From positions 8,680,001 to 8,744,000 of the forward strand of contig OZ024745.1 of assembly GCA_964016885.1 (NCBI GenBank): a stretch of 64,000 nt of DNA. The letters run 5' to 3'. The translations under genes and the position numbers were made by a program. The notes under the pieces were generated by a model. It was not told where the DNA came from. It ran no database searches and saw only the letters and a program-made list of their open reading frames with translations. Source of the DNA: Eledone cirrhosa (lineage: Eukaryota). Positions 28,184 through 42,048 of the stretch are shown here, one piece after another; position 1 is the first letter of the stretch; every line of letters begins with the position of its first letter.

Positions 28184-30396
28184 ATGGAATTCTTTAAGAT
28201 TACTTCCTCTTTAAAAGACATACCTCTACCTAGAAACAAAGACTTTATAAAACAATTAATAGATAAATCTGACTCTTTTATAAGGAGAATCAGGTGGCGA
28301 GCATTCCACTTTGATAAATCTAATATAAATGAAAATGTCTCGGACTTAAACAAAGTTTTCAAATCTAAAAGAAATCCACCCCCTAACAAACTTTTATCTG
28401 ACTTTGAAAACGATATAATTTCTATCATACAAGGGGTCAAATTCAAGAGAAACTTCAAAGGCCAGGAATATCTGAAACGCATTAAGGATAATATTGAGAG
28501 CTTAGAGAAAACTGAGAAGATCTTGGTGAAATCTGACAAGACCAACAACCTCTATGGAGTGCAGAAAGACATGTATAATGGCCTCATACTGAAGGAACTG
28601 AGGAAAAAGTACAAGGTAGCAGATAAGGCCGAGCTTGAGAAAATGAATGTCGAAGCATCTTGTATAATGCACGAGTTGGAAATTGAGAACAGAACACAAC
28701 CTTTCGTGCCCAGGAAACCGAAGATCAATATGAAAGATCACAAGAGGAATTTTGAAAATGACTTGCCAGTTAGATTGATCGCACCATCAAAATCGGACCT
28801 GGGCAAATTAAGCAAAAACATTCTTGACAGGGTGATACAGCAAATTAAGAACTTGGATTGTTTATCTAACCTGAGCTTGTGGAAGGGAACTGGAGAGGTT
28901 GTTGAGTGGTTTAAGCAAATTAAATATAACAATAATAATAAGTTTATTCAACTTGATATTGCTAACTATTATTCTTCTATTACCCCTAATCTACTAAATA
29001 AGGCAGTAAATTACGCATTCAAACATACTGACCTAACTAGCAATGAAATGCATATTATATTATCGGCTAGGAAAACTTTGATAGAATTTAATGACCAACT
29101 ATGGACCAGAGCAGATAGAGATAGCAATTTTGACATTACTATGGGATCATCCGACTCAGCTCAGGTAACTGACCTTGTGGGCTTATTTTTAATCAATTCG
29201 CTACATAGGAAAATACCTGGTACTACCGGAGGTTTATATAGAGAGGACATGCTTTTACTTATTGATAATAATAACTCTGAACTAAATAGAAAATGTAAAC
29301 AAATTACACAATTTTTTAATTACTTTAATCTTAAAATAGAAATTGAGAACAACCATAGAATAGTCAATTTCCTAGATATAACATTAAATCTCAACACATG
29401 TCTTCACTATCCTTTTCACAAGTTGAATGAAAACTTAAACTATGTCAACTTTAACTCTAACCACCCCAGATCTGTCAAAAACACTATAGTAAACTCTGTT
29501 CAAAAACGTATCTCCAGGATCTCGTCGAATAGAAAGATTTTCGACGAAAAAGCCCAATACTACAATGAAGCATTAGCTAGAGCAGGATATGCTGATAAGA
29601 TTATGTACATAGATAATGATAGACAAACTAAACAAAATAACAACTATTTTAATTACGGCAACAACCTTAACAACTATAATAGAAAGCATTACAATAATTC
29701 CAAAGGCCAAAAAAGAAATAGAACTAGGAACATAATTTGGTTTGCCCCCCTTTCTCACTAAACATTAAAACCCACATCGCTAAACTATTTTTTAAAGCTC
29801 TTGATAATCGCTTCCCTAGAACACATAGGTATCACTCAATTTTCAATAGACATACTATAAAATTAACCTACTCATCCACCAAAAATTTAGCACAAAATAT
29901 TAATAGAATAAATAATAGGAACTTAAAACCTAGTGATAATAGCATAAATAATATACAAGTTAACAAATGTAACTGTAGAGATAGATCTAAATGTCCGTTA
30001 AATAACAACTGCTTAGTTAAAAATATAGTATACAATTGTAATGTTAAAACTGACTCTAATTCTTTTAACTACGTCGGTTCCACATCGACGGAATTTAAAC
30101 TTCGCTATAATAACCACAAGAATTCTTTCACAGATCCAAGCAAAAAATCTTCAACGGCACTATCAGGCGTACTCTGGCAACTTAAGCTAGATAACGTTAG
30201 ATATTCGACGGCTTGGAATATAGTCTCAAGAGGGATTCCTTTTAATTCATCCTCTGAGACATGTGACCTCTGCGCAGAGGAGATATTCTTTATACTAAAA
30301 TCTAAAAATTCCCTTAATCTACGGACAAATTTATTCAGTTGCTGCAAACATAGATTAAACTCAACGTTTAAATATAAATTTAAATTTAAAATGTAG
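28184..30396 (+). pseudogene. PLE polyprotein: RT, CxCx5C linker, GIY-YIG endonuclease (Hydra-clade-like); one frameshift near 29745; YRDD changed to YRED
   Basis: DKT, PVRLI, LDIANYYSSI, MGS, YRED, FLDI, SNHP; CNCRDRSKCPL, IVY..YVG, FKLRYNNH, CDLCAEE, CKHR. Confidence 0.93.
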
Positions 30397-31735
30397 TATA
30401 TTTAGTTTGATTTATAATTATATGGGAAACTAGCCGATAAATCTTTCGATTTCTTCTTTTTATTCTTTTTATTTTTTATTTTAATTTTTATTTAAACATT
30501 CTTCATGAAAAATTAAGCTACCCTAAAAGTTGATGCTCCAAATATTTCGAATAAACGTTACACTAGATAAACTTCTATATTAAATATAAGAACACATGTA
30601 GACCAAATGGGCATCCTAAACTTTTTGAAATGATCTTTGCTAGATGCGATTTGATAAATAATTTTTAGCTTTATCTGTTTTTCGACTCTGATGCTTATAA
30701 TGAACTTGGCAATATATTGTCAATTAATTTTGAAGGGTTGATCTTTGTGGTTTATTTTTATTATTGTAGTATTTTCTAATATTTTTATTTTTAATATTTT
30801 TAATATGTAATATTTTTAATATGTAATATTCTTTCGTAATATTTTATTATTACTTATTATTATTATTATTGTTATTTTTTGGGGGGTTTGTTTCTGATAT
30901 ATATTTTTATTAGTATATTGAAATCTGCTCTCTATTTCTGCTTGATAGATAATCTTGTAGAGTAAAGACAGGAATAGTAGTAATATTGACTCTATATATA
31001 TTTGTGTGTATATATATACACATATATATATACTTAAATTTTTATAGCACAATGAGAATGTTTTCCGTGAACTTAGGGTTTGCAGAGTTGATCATGTAAA
31101 TTCACATAGATGTTTGTAGTTATCACACAAACATATGAATTTTTTTTTTTTTTAAACTAAACATAAGATCATTACTTTTCACACATTATGGATACATGTC
31201 TCATTCAAGAATACTGATATTTACAATATAGTGGCTGGTTTTTATACATACTAATACCTCTACATTAAAACATAGGGTTTTTATGTCTCGCCTATGTCTG
31301 GTTATTTTTAATTTTTCTCTCTATATAACAGCTGGTTTCTTTCCTAACCACATATATCTCCCTTACATTAATACTAGAGCTAAATAAATAAATAAATAAA
31401 TGTATCATTGATACGTTTACTCAACGGACGTCCCACTACCTAGTTTTCTATATATATGTATCTATCTCTATTTCCTCTCTCTCTCTATATATATATATAT
31501 ATCTCTGTTTCTTTACATGAAGTTCTTCTCTTTATCTATCTTTCCATCCCTCTATTTTGTTCCATGCATTTCTTCTTTTTTTTCTTCTTTTTCTTCGTTC
31601 TCTGTCTTTCTTTCCTTTTTTCTCTCTTTCTTTCTCTTTGTGTACAATTTTTTCACTGCCAATTCAACTTTTCAAATACAAGTCGATGTTGTTACGGTAT
31701 GTCAAATCTATTTATCTATAAAACTGTTTATATTG

Positions 31736-31801
31736 TATTTTGTCTGAGGAAGGCATAGCATATTGTTAATATGATATCCCTGAAATATATATAATGAAAT
31801 A
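31736..31801 (+). ncRNA. Minimal type-I hammerhead ribozyme in the 3' pLTR of family A
   Basis: Identical to 27940-28005. Confidence 0.85.
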
Positions 31802-31931
31802 AATATGGTTTTATAAATATAGTTTCCATTTATTTAATATTGTAAATATACTCAAAATACTTGTCGAGTGATTTTATATCAGTTATAAATATTTACTAGT
31901 TGTAACCCAACAATTTAAATATAACTTTCCT

Positions 31932-32034
<103 letters not shown>

Positions 32035-32280
32035 GAATAATCGAGTATTGGAAAATCAGCTCACGAATTAACGATAAACAAATCCGATATGAGTGGCAGA
32101 GGGCTCAATAATTTGGATAAATCAGAGCTATAACTATCGTTAAATTACCAACACATAAAGATTATGCCTAAAATCACCCGCGCAGCCGAAAAAGAACGAC
32201 CAGGAGGATTCGGGTCACTCAAATAAAATATCAATAAATCTATAATTTAAATGAATATATATATATATATATATATATAT

Positions 32281-34685
32281 GAGCCGATTTCAGCCGCTGA
32301 GATAGAGGACATGATGAGCCAATGCGGCAAACGAAAATCCCCGGGTCTCGATGGTCTTCCATACGAACTATATCTAGCTATGCCGGACTTGTTCCCCGAT
32401 CTCCTCGAGGTGGTCTACTGCAACTGGCAACAGAACGGGAGAATTCCCTGTGCTGTGACCAAGGGCGTAGTCACGCTAGTGAGGAAGGACGAGAACAAGG
32501 GGGACGATATAAATAATTTCAGGCCCATAATTCTGCTAAATACAGAGTTACAGATTTTGGCCAAGGTGCTAGCAAAGAGGTTGGCGCTTGTCGTGATCAA
32601 CCTGGTGGGAGATGCGCAGACATGTGCTATCCCGTTCAGGTCTATCCACGACAACCTCCACCTCATGCGATACATCATAGAGAGAGTTGGGAACGAACCT
32701 GGCTTTGGTGGGGCCCTGATCAACTTGGATCAATCTAAGGCGTTCGATAGGGTCGACCATAGTTACCTGGATGCGGTGCTAGCGTCGGCAAGCTTCGGAC
32801 CCGTTTTCAGGGGCTGGATCAATGTCATGCACAGCAGCCGCATCTGCTCTAAATTCAAGGTGAACGGCTACCTCTCGGAGCCGTTCGAAATCGCGCGGTC
32901 CATCCGACAAGGGTGCCCTCTCTCCTCCCTTCTGTATGTAATGACTCTAGAGCCACTGCTGCGGAAGCTGGAGTTGTTGCAGGGCATCCCGTTGAAACCG
33001 GGATTGCGGAAAGCGGTGTCGGCCTACGCCGATGACGTAACAGTAATGGTGTCGACGGCCTTGGAAATCGGGGCGATCGGCACCTTACTGGAGGAGTACG
33101 AAAGGTTTACAGGGGCTAAGCTGAACCGGGACAAGTCGATCGGTCTGCAACTCGGCACGTGGAGGGGCATATCGATGCCCTCCGATGGCGTCGTCGGGCG
33201 CTGGACGGAGGGCCCGGTGAAGTTGCTCGGGGTCTGGTTCGGACCAGACCTCCAGGTGGAGAAGAACTGGGGTGAGGTAACGAACAGGGTGTTTGCACTC
33301 ACCCAGAAGTGGGTCGAGTGCAAACTGTCCCTGAAAGGTCGGGCGGAGGTGGCGAACACTTATATAGCGTCCGTCATCTACTACCGCCTGACCGTTGTGC
33401 CTTGCCCAAGGGAAACGCTCGCCAAAGGGAAACGCTCGCCAAAATGGAGCGCGCACTCTTCCAATTCCTTTGGAAGAAGCGGGCTCCTATGGTGAGGAGA
33501 TCCATCTGCTGTCAACACCCTTCCAAAGGAGGGATGGGGATGCCGTGGCTAATGATACGAAACACGCATTAAGGCTACGGCACCTCCAGGTATTCCTCAC
33601 CGGTCAACCGGCGTGGGCCCCGTTTGTGAGGCGAGCCTTTCCCAGACTCGTCTCACTCACCGAGCTGCAATCCTGGGTCAAGCAATGACCGAGAAAACTG
33701 GGCGCCTGGCACACCGAGTGTGCCCAGACGCTCACGGCTCTCTGGCAGGCGGACCCGGCTGTCAGTGGAGACTCCACCTCGTCATTCTATAGAGGGCTGG
33801 TGCTTAGCAGGTGCGACGACGCCCTCGGAGAAGCCCTAGACATGGAGGAAGACGAACTGGCCAACCTGTTCGGTAGGACATTCAGCCCGGGACCCATGGA
33901 TAACTTCCAGAGGTCCCTGGCCTGGCAGTGCTACCGAGGGGCTCTGCCCGTTCGAGAAAGGCTCTACAGACACGGGCACCCGGGTAGGGACCCCTCGAAA
34001 AAGATCTGTCCCAGATGCGTGTGCGACGAGGAAACCGTTGCACACGCATTGGTACACTGCTCGGGCATTGCCGATCTGTGGGGCTATGGCGAACAACTGC
34101 TGTCAAGGGTGGGACCGATCCGGTTGACCACCGAGTCTATTGTAACGATCAAGCCGCCTCCCCTCTTAAAAAACGAAGGAGAGGCGGTGTTTCTGTGCGT
34201 AATAGCCATGGCGAAAGAGGTTGTATGATGGACGCGTCTGAAAGGACTGAGGTCAGACACCTTTCTCTCTGGCCAACAACTGGTCCGTTTCTTCCGATAT
34301 CATTCCGGAAGAAGGATCAGGATGGAGAGAGAGGTGCTGCACCCCAGCCGTTTTTATGAAAGATGGGTGAAAGTGGTGAGAATGGCCCGTGTGAATGGAC
34401 CTTCACTCTACATCAGACTATAGGTGAGGAAGATGAAAGATCAAGGGAGCACCTCCTCTCTGTGCTCCTGGGAAGGGTTGCACACTTTTTTTCGGGGGTG
34501 TGTGCGACCCCCCAAGGCGCCTCCTCCCTATTTAGGATTTTGTTATTAAATTTATTTTTGTTATATTTTATTTTATTTTTATATCTTGTTATTGCCTCCT
34601 CCTTATTGAGGACGCCTTTTTATGTAAACTCCCCCCATTGTACTTGTCCCACTTGTTGATGTCCTGGTGGCAAATAAAAAGAAAG

Positions 34686-34686
<1 letters not shown>
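32281..34686 (+). mobile_element. 5'-truncated L1/Tx1-type LINE (RT, zf-RVT/CCHC region, 3' UTR) between (TA)n tracts
   Basis: KSPGLDGLPYELY, NFRPI, DQSKAFDRVDH, RQGCPLS, AYADD, LLGVWF; downstream CPRC..ETVAHALVHC; AATAAA at 34673; frameshifts after ~33430. Confidence 0.92.
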
Positions 34687-34725
<39 letters not shown>

Positions 34726-34853
34726 AAAGTTATATTTAAATTGTTGGGTTAACAACGAGTAAATATTTATAACTGATATAAAAGCACTCAACAAGTATTT
34801 GGAGTATATTTATGATATTAAATAAATGGAAACTATATTTATAAAACCATATT

Positions 34854-34918
34854 TATTTCGTTATATATTTTCAGGGATATCATATTAACAATATGTTATG
34901 CCTTCTTCAGACAAAATA
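34854..34918 (-). ncRNA. Family-A hammerhead (CUGAAGA core)
   Basis: Mirror of 35065-35130, with stem III 1 nt shorter. Confidence 0.72.
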
Positions 34919-35064
34919 CAATATAAACAGTCTTATAAATAAATAGATACGACATACCTTTCAATCACCTTGCATTTGCCAAATCATTTGCCAAATCAAC
35001 CTCCCAAATGCAAGGTGATTGAAAGGTATGTCGTATCTATTTATTTATAAGACTGTTTATATTG

Positions 35065-35130
35065 TATTTTGTCTGAAGAAGGCATAACATATTGTTAATA
35101 TGATATCCCTGAAATATATATAACGAAATA
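35065..35130 (+). ncRNA. Family-A hammerhead (CUGAAGA core)
   Basis: tattttgt-CTGAAGA-stem II-GAAA-TATATA-TA-acgaaata. Differences from 27940 fall at the free N7 position, improve stem I pairing, or sit at a stem II mismatch. Confidence 0.85.
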
Positions 35131-35719
35131 AATATGGTTTTATAAATATAGTTTCCATTTATTTAATATCATATATATATATATATATATATATATTTAT
35201 TCCACAGACTGGAAAATATTTTCCGATATTTCCTGATATTTTACAAATTTATACTGTTCGGCTCCAGATGCGGTGACTTTCACCTTGTATAGCAATATCA
35301 AGGATGGAGCAAAAGAACTGCTGACTCTGGCATCCCATATGATACCTGTAACCCAAGGGCCAAAGGGTAAGACTCTTCCCATCCACCCTGGACCATCCAC
35401 CTGGCTCCAGAATTGAGGGTTTATTGACTCGTCTAAACTTAATTGTATTGCTATATATAACGTGAGTTGGAATAATGCCCACCAACGTACACTGCGACAT
35501 TGGTGCGGTCAAACATCTGACATATACACATACCACCCGCCTCCCCCCACACACACAAGTACTGGAACTGAAAGGTGTAAGGCGAGGAGGGAGAGAATAG
35601 ACCTGACACAAAAAGTGAAACATTTGAAAGTGAAGGGAAATTAATGAAATGGGAGTCTCTAAATAAAATATTTGTCCATCTTTAATCTCACCTAATGGAT
35701 TATTATTGGTTTGTCTGAA

Positions 35720-35757
<38 letters not shown>

Positions 35758-35782
35758 AAATATATGTACACATACACACACA

Positions 35783-35863
<81 letters not shown>

Positions 35864-35864
35864 C

Positions 35865-36025
<161 letters not shown>

Positions 36026-36562
36026 AATCTGCTCCTTCGGTAGAGCTGAATTCATAATCCCATATTTACGGCTGTTATTTCTAGCGCCATGGATATGAGC
36101 CAGAATGCTGAGAGGGTCGTGTGCAAAAAGCACATGTATTAGGCTTGCGACAGATCAGTCTTAAGATTCTTATCTTAGGAGAAGTAACTATAATTTATCT
36201 GGGTGCCTATTGAAAATCACAGAAAATTGATTACTTCACTAATAATTATTTTATAAATAGTTGTTCCGTAATTAATTAATTATCTCATTAGTATACCATC
36301 CCTTGTGAAACAGGTTTATGTTTTGAAGTTCCGACCGATCTGCTGAAAAGATTTGAATTTTGAAATTTAAACTTGTCTAGGCACCAGGCAGTTGCCATTT
36401 TACGTCTGTAAGTATAGATTTAATATTTAATATTTTCTAGATCGATACAGGCCGACTATATGTACTTGAATTAAGATATTTCTATCTGGCTAAAAAATTA
36501 TTGTCATTTTGCAAAAAAAAACACATTAGTGTTGATCATATTTTTTTAAATTGTACTATATA

Positions 36563-36618
<56 letters not shown>

Positions 36619-36709
36619 CGAAGGAAATGTGGTAAGGAACCAGGTGGACCATAACGCACCAAAGTACTCAATACTTGAGGTAGTAGAGTGGGTAATAGGA
36701 ACCAGTAAG

Positions 36710-36803
36710 ACCCCGACAGCTGAGCTCAAGCCGTTTCGACGGCTAATTCTGGACTAAATGAAAATTTATCCTGGTATTTAAATAGCCGATCTTCTCAAGG
36801 GGT
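36710..36803 (-). ncRNA. Family-B hammerhead, U3-A8 core variant
   Basis: Reverse complement of 39617-39710. Confidence 0.75.
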
Positions 36804-37910
36804 AATTCCATATATGGTCAAAGTGATTGTCAAAAATCAGTAGTAATTCTGTGGTTGCAAATTAGTAGGGGAGATGGTGGCTAAACCTGCCAGTAGGAGA
36901 AAGAGGGGAGGGGGTGGAGTAGACCCAATCAAGCGTTGGTAGTGCCAGCTACAGCTGGGCATGAGGTCAAAGAAGATACAGGGGAGGGGGAGGGGGAGGA
37001 AGTCGGAACGGTAGGTAGAACAATGGGGGAGGGGTAGAAATAGGAAAGAAAAAATACTGAGAGTGAAGAAAAGCAAATAAGTGTAAAGAAAAAAGTAAAG
37101 TAAATTAAATTCTACGACCTAGGTATCAGGCTATTGTTAGGCGAGAATAAAATAAAGAAAGAAAGAAGTAAATAAATAAATAAATAAATAAATAAGGAAA
37201 TAAGTAAAAGAACTAGGTGGGACGGTATAGGCAAGGACCCTTTTAAGAGGTATAAGTACGTAAATGATACGGTGACGGGTCAACAAAAGGGGCCAAAATA
37301 CTAAAGAGACTACCACGAAATAAACAATAAAGGTTTCCATCCCGGGCCAGCAACGACCCAGTGCAGCAAAGTGAACTTGTACGAGATAATAATTCTGAGT
37401 CCCGAAAAAATATATACTAATGCTAACTCTAAAAGATCTAAAACAAGCTACATGAAAGTTCGTACGAAATAAAGGTAGAATACGGAAAAATAAATTCAGA
37501 ATCCACCCCGCCCAGAAGAAAAGCGAAGCAAGAAATACTGAAACGAAAAAATAAGGCATAAGTGCCACTAAGAAATATAGAGGGCACAGAGAATAGTGGG
37601 AGCGGTCGGAAAAAGGGGGCAAGTATCCGGGGTCTAAGCCAACTGCTATAAAGGGCGGAGTCCGCCAAATCTATCATAGACTAGGGGAGGGGGTGGTGGG
37701 GGTACTAAGGCTACATGGGGCAAAAGGGCAGCCTCGGGTGGGCGAGAAAAGACGCCGACAAAGAAGAAGAGCTGGGGTAGAAGGACAAAGGAGAGAGGGG
37801 GGAAGGAAATAAAGGAAGCGATAAAAGAATACAAAGAAGATCTTACGTCTTCCTTGGCAAGCAGGGGTTACCCATTGCAAAATCGGCAAGTGGGGTGTTA
37901 TAGCCCTAGT

Positions 37911-38716
37911 CTACCCCCCCGGGTCATTATGGGGTTTGAGGGCGAGGTAAGTCCTACGCAATCTATGTTTACATGCAGTAACCAGTTCATCTTTCTTGTT
38001 TAGGAGTTGGTCCGTCGAAAACAGCATTTGTAAAGTTTCCTCCGAGCATAAATTGCACGGACGGCGTCCTCCCGTGTAAGAATTGGCTCTGGACAGTAAT
38101 CTCCAAGTGAGATCATAGGTGATGTTGTTGTCCTTGAGGTCCCATATGTGGCCCGAAAGTGTAGTGGCGTGACGCCGGGCCGGGTTTCGGAAGGTATGTC
38201 TATGTTGGTATAGCCGGGTCTTGAAGTCACATGCGGTAAGTCCTATATAGGCTTTGTTGGAGGTATCCGTCCTCACGTTGCACTGGTAGATCACATTACG
38301 GTCTCTGCATCTATTGTCGAGTGGGCAAATAGATCTATCCGGGCAGTTACACCTCCTGGTCGGTTCTCCACTGCTATTTAGGTTATTTCTGCCATCGGGG
38401 TTGAGTTTTTTGTTGTTAGAAGAGACGATGTTTTGTGCGAAGTTTGGTGTAGTGCTGTAAGAGAGTTTGATGGTATTTTTGTTAATTATGTTGTGGTAGC
38501 GGTGTTGTAATGGGAAGTGTTTTTCAATGAGCCTAAAGAATAGTTTCCCGATGGGAGTAGTCACCTCTGCGTTGTGGGGAGGATTGAACCATGTTAAATT
38601 GCGTGAGCGGCGGTGTCTCCTGCTGGTTCCGCTAATGGGAGCTGGACAGTAGGATATTTCCTCCCGGAAACCACTCCGCTTGAGGGCCTGGTTGTAATAA
38701 GGCGCATGTTCATCGA
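37911..38716 (-). pseudogene. Truncated PLE linker + GIY-YIG (inverted arm of family B)
   Basis: Protein identical to the C-terminus of 40579-42048. Confidence 0.9.
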
Positions 38717-39616
38717 TGTACCCCCACCACCCCCTCCCCTAGTCTATGATAGATTTGGCGGACTCCGCCCTTTATAGCAGTTGGCTTAGACCCCGGATAC
38801 TTGCCCCCTTTTTCCGACCGCTCCCACTATTCTCTGTGCCCTCTATATTTCTTAGTGGCACTTATGCCTTATTTTTTCGTTTCAGTATTTCTTGCTTCGC
38901 TTTTCTTCTGGGCGGGGTGGATTCTGAATTTATTTTTCCGTATTCTACCTTTATTTCGTACGAACTTTCATGTAGCTTGTTTTAGATCTTTTAGAGTTAG
39001 CATTAGTATATATTTTTCTCGGGACTCAGAATTATTATCTCGTACAAGTTCACTTTGCTGCACTGGGTCGTTGCTGGCCCGGGATGGAAACCTTTATTGT
39101 TTATTTCGTGGTAGTCTCTTTAGTATTTTGGCCCCTTTTGTTGACCCGTCACCGTATCATTTACGTACTTATACCTCTTAAAAGGGTCCTTGCCTATACC
39201 GTCCCACCTAGTTCTTTTACTTATTTCCTTATTTATTTATTTATTTATTTATTTACTTCTTTCTTTCTTTATTTTATTCTCGCCTAACAATAGCCTGACA
39301 CCTAGGTCGTAGAATTTAATTTACTTTACTTTTTTCTTTACACTTATTTGCTTTTCTTCACTCTCAGTATTTTTTCTTTCCTATTTCTACCCCCCATTGT
39401 TCTACCTACCGTTCCGACTTCCTCCCCCTCCCCCTCCCCTGTATCTTCTTTGACCTCATGCCCAGCTGTAGCTGGCACTACCAACGCTTGATTGGGTCTA
39501 CTCCACCCCCTCCCCTCTTTCTCCTACTGGCAGGTTTAGCCACCATCTCCCCTACTAATTTGCAACCACAGAATTACTACTGATTTTTGACAATCACTTT
39601 GACCATATATGGAATT

Positions 39617-39710
39617 ACCCCTTGAGAAGATCGGCTATTTAAATACCAGGATAAATTTTCATTTAGTCCAGAATTAGCCGTCGAAACGGCTTGAGCTCAG
39701 CTGTCGGGGT
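39617..39710 (+). ncRNA. Type-I hammerhead ribozyme, U3-A8 core variant (UUGAGAA)
   Basis: acccc-TTGAGAA-gatcggcta/tagccgtc-GAAA-cggct/agctg-TC-ggggt; GUC triplet, predicted cut after 39705. Confidence 0.78.
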
Positions 39711-39895
39711 CTTACTGGTTCCTATTACCCACTCTACTACCTCAAGTATTGAGTACTTTGGTGCGTTATGGTCCACCTGGTTCCTTACCACATTTCCTTC
39801 GTTATCTAGCTCCTACCCCCGTAGTAGAGCACTTTCCGACCTTACCACGCCGTATCCAGACTTTTCCGCTAAGCCCAATTCATTTCACCCGCACC

Positions 39896-42048
39896 ATGCG
39901 AAAACACAACATTGACTTCTCTACCAAGAACATCCCAATCCCACCGAAAAAACTTTACCTTCGGATGCTCACGCAAAAAATCGATCTATTTGCGAAAAGA
40001 CTTAGATGGAGAACTTTTTTCTATGACAGATATTGCGACAACCAAGACTTCGGCACCAAGGAGAGATTCGGATTTATTACCTACAAATCTCCGCCCCTGA
40101 ACCCCTTGCTCGCACCCTTCGAGAATGACCTCTTCCAACTGGTCAAGAACATTAAATTTAAACCCAGACACAACCGATTCCTACAAAAACTCCGTAGCAA
40201 CCTAACAGAGTATGATAACACAAATGACATCATGGTGCATTCGGATAAAACTGGGAACCTATACTTTGTCAACCCTGACAGATACCACACACTGATCAAG
40301 AACAGCCTAAACTCCACCTATAAAAAGGCCAACCACTCTTGCATCGAGGACATAAATCGAGATGGACAACAAATCACCTCCAGCCTCGGGGTCGCCGACC
40401 GCACGGAACCTCTAGACCCACGGACACCATACTTCACACTGAAGGACCATAAATCCGACTTTGACCGTAAACCCTCTATCAGGCTTATTAACCCAACGAA
40501 GTCCGACATAGGGAGAATCAGCAAAAAAATCCTAGACCGCGTGATACCAAAAGTCAAGCAACACACCCGACTTAGCCTATGGTCAACACCCAGGAAGTAA
40601 TCTCCTGGTTCAGCAATATGGAGGATAAACGAGAAACTAAATTCATACAGTTCGACATAGAGAGCTACTATGCTTCAATCACCTTACCGCTACTTACTGC
40701 CGCCTTGGACTTCGCCGAAACACTCGTGCCCATCACCGACCAGGAAAGAAAAATCATCCTCCACGCCAGGAAGACAGTCTTACTCTTTGACGACTCTAAA
40801 TGGATAAAAAGAGCTCCCGACTCACCCTTCGACGTCAGCATGGGCGCCACGGATTCGGCGGAGGTCACTGATCTTATAGGATTATTCCTAATAGCCAAAC
40901 TCACTGATATGTTTCCTGCATTCGGTGGTGGATTGTACCGTGATGATGGGCTCCTTACCCTTAAAGGGTACAACCCCAGTAGTACAGATCGGGTCCGGAA
41001 ACAATTAATCAGATTCTTCCGCGACTGGGGATTTAAAATAACCCTACAAACGTCCCTGACCCGAGTAAACTTCCTGGACGTAACCCTCGACCTCGAAAAC
41101 GACCTGTACTACCCATACAGGAAACCTAATGACAATCTGCACTACATCCACCGCCGATCAAACCATCCTAGGAACATCACAAACAACCTGGTCAAAAACA
41201 TCTCCCTCCGCATATACCGTTTGTCAGCTAATGAGCGGATATTCGATGAACATGCGCCTTATTACAACCAGGCCCTCAAGCGGAGTGGTTTCCGGGAGGA
41301 AATATCCTACTGTCCAGCTCCCATTAGCGGAACCAGCAGGAGACACCGCCGCTCACGCAATTTAACATGGTTCAATCCTCCCCACAACGCAGAGGTGACT
41401 ACTCCCATCGGGAAACTATTCTTTAGGCTCATTGAAAAACACTTCCCATTACAACACCGCTACCACAACATAATTAACAAAAATACCATCAAACTCTCTT
41501 ACAGCACTACACCAAACTTCGCACAAAACATCGTCTCTTCTAACAACAAAAAACTCAACCCCGATGGCAGAAATAACCTAAATAGCAGTGGAGAACCGAC
41601 CAGGAGGTGTAACTGCCCGGATAGATCTATTTGCCCACTCGACAATAGATGCAGAGACCGTAATGTGATCTACCAGTGCAACGTGAGGACGGATACCTCC
41701 AACAAAGCCTATATAGGACTTACCGCATGTGACTTCAAGACCCGGCTATACCAACATAGACATACCTTCCGAAACCCGGCCCGGCGTCACGCCACTACAC
41801 TTTCGGGCCACATATGGGACCTCAAGGACAACAACATCACCTATGATCTCACTTGGAGATTACTGTCCAGAGCCAATTCTTACACGGGAGGACGCCGTCC
41901 GTGCAATTTATGCTCGGAGGAAACTTTACAAATGCTGTTTTCGACGGACCAACTCCTAAACAAGAAAGATGAACTGGTTACTGCATGTAAACATAGATTG
42001 CGTAGGACTTACCTCGCCCTCAAACCCCATAATGACCCGGGGGGGTAG
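39896..42048 (+). pseudogene. PLE polyprotein: RT, CxCx5C linker, GIY-YIG; single frameshift near 40585
   Basis: MRKHNIDFSTKNIP start; DKTG, PSIRLI, FDIESYYASI, MGA, LYRDDG, FLDV, SNHP, CNCPDRSICPL, VIY..YIG, CNLCSEE, CKHR. Confidence 0.93.

Larger units (their letters stand above)
34722..35172. mobile_element. Fold-back family-A pLTR remnant (~170-bp arms) with a hammerhead on each arm
   Basis: 34812-34984 is the reverse complement of ~35003-35172; related to 31680-31935; flanked by (TA)n. Confidence 0.9.

Noticed and set aside
29737-29761. Programmed -1 frameshift between RT and endonuclease
   Set aside because: No in-frame slippery heptamer, and family B reads through this region in one frame; more likely a 1-nt deletion
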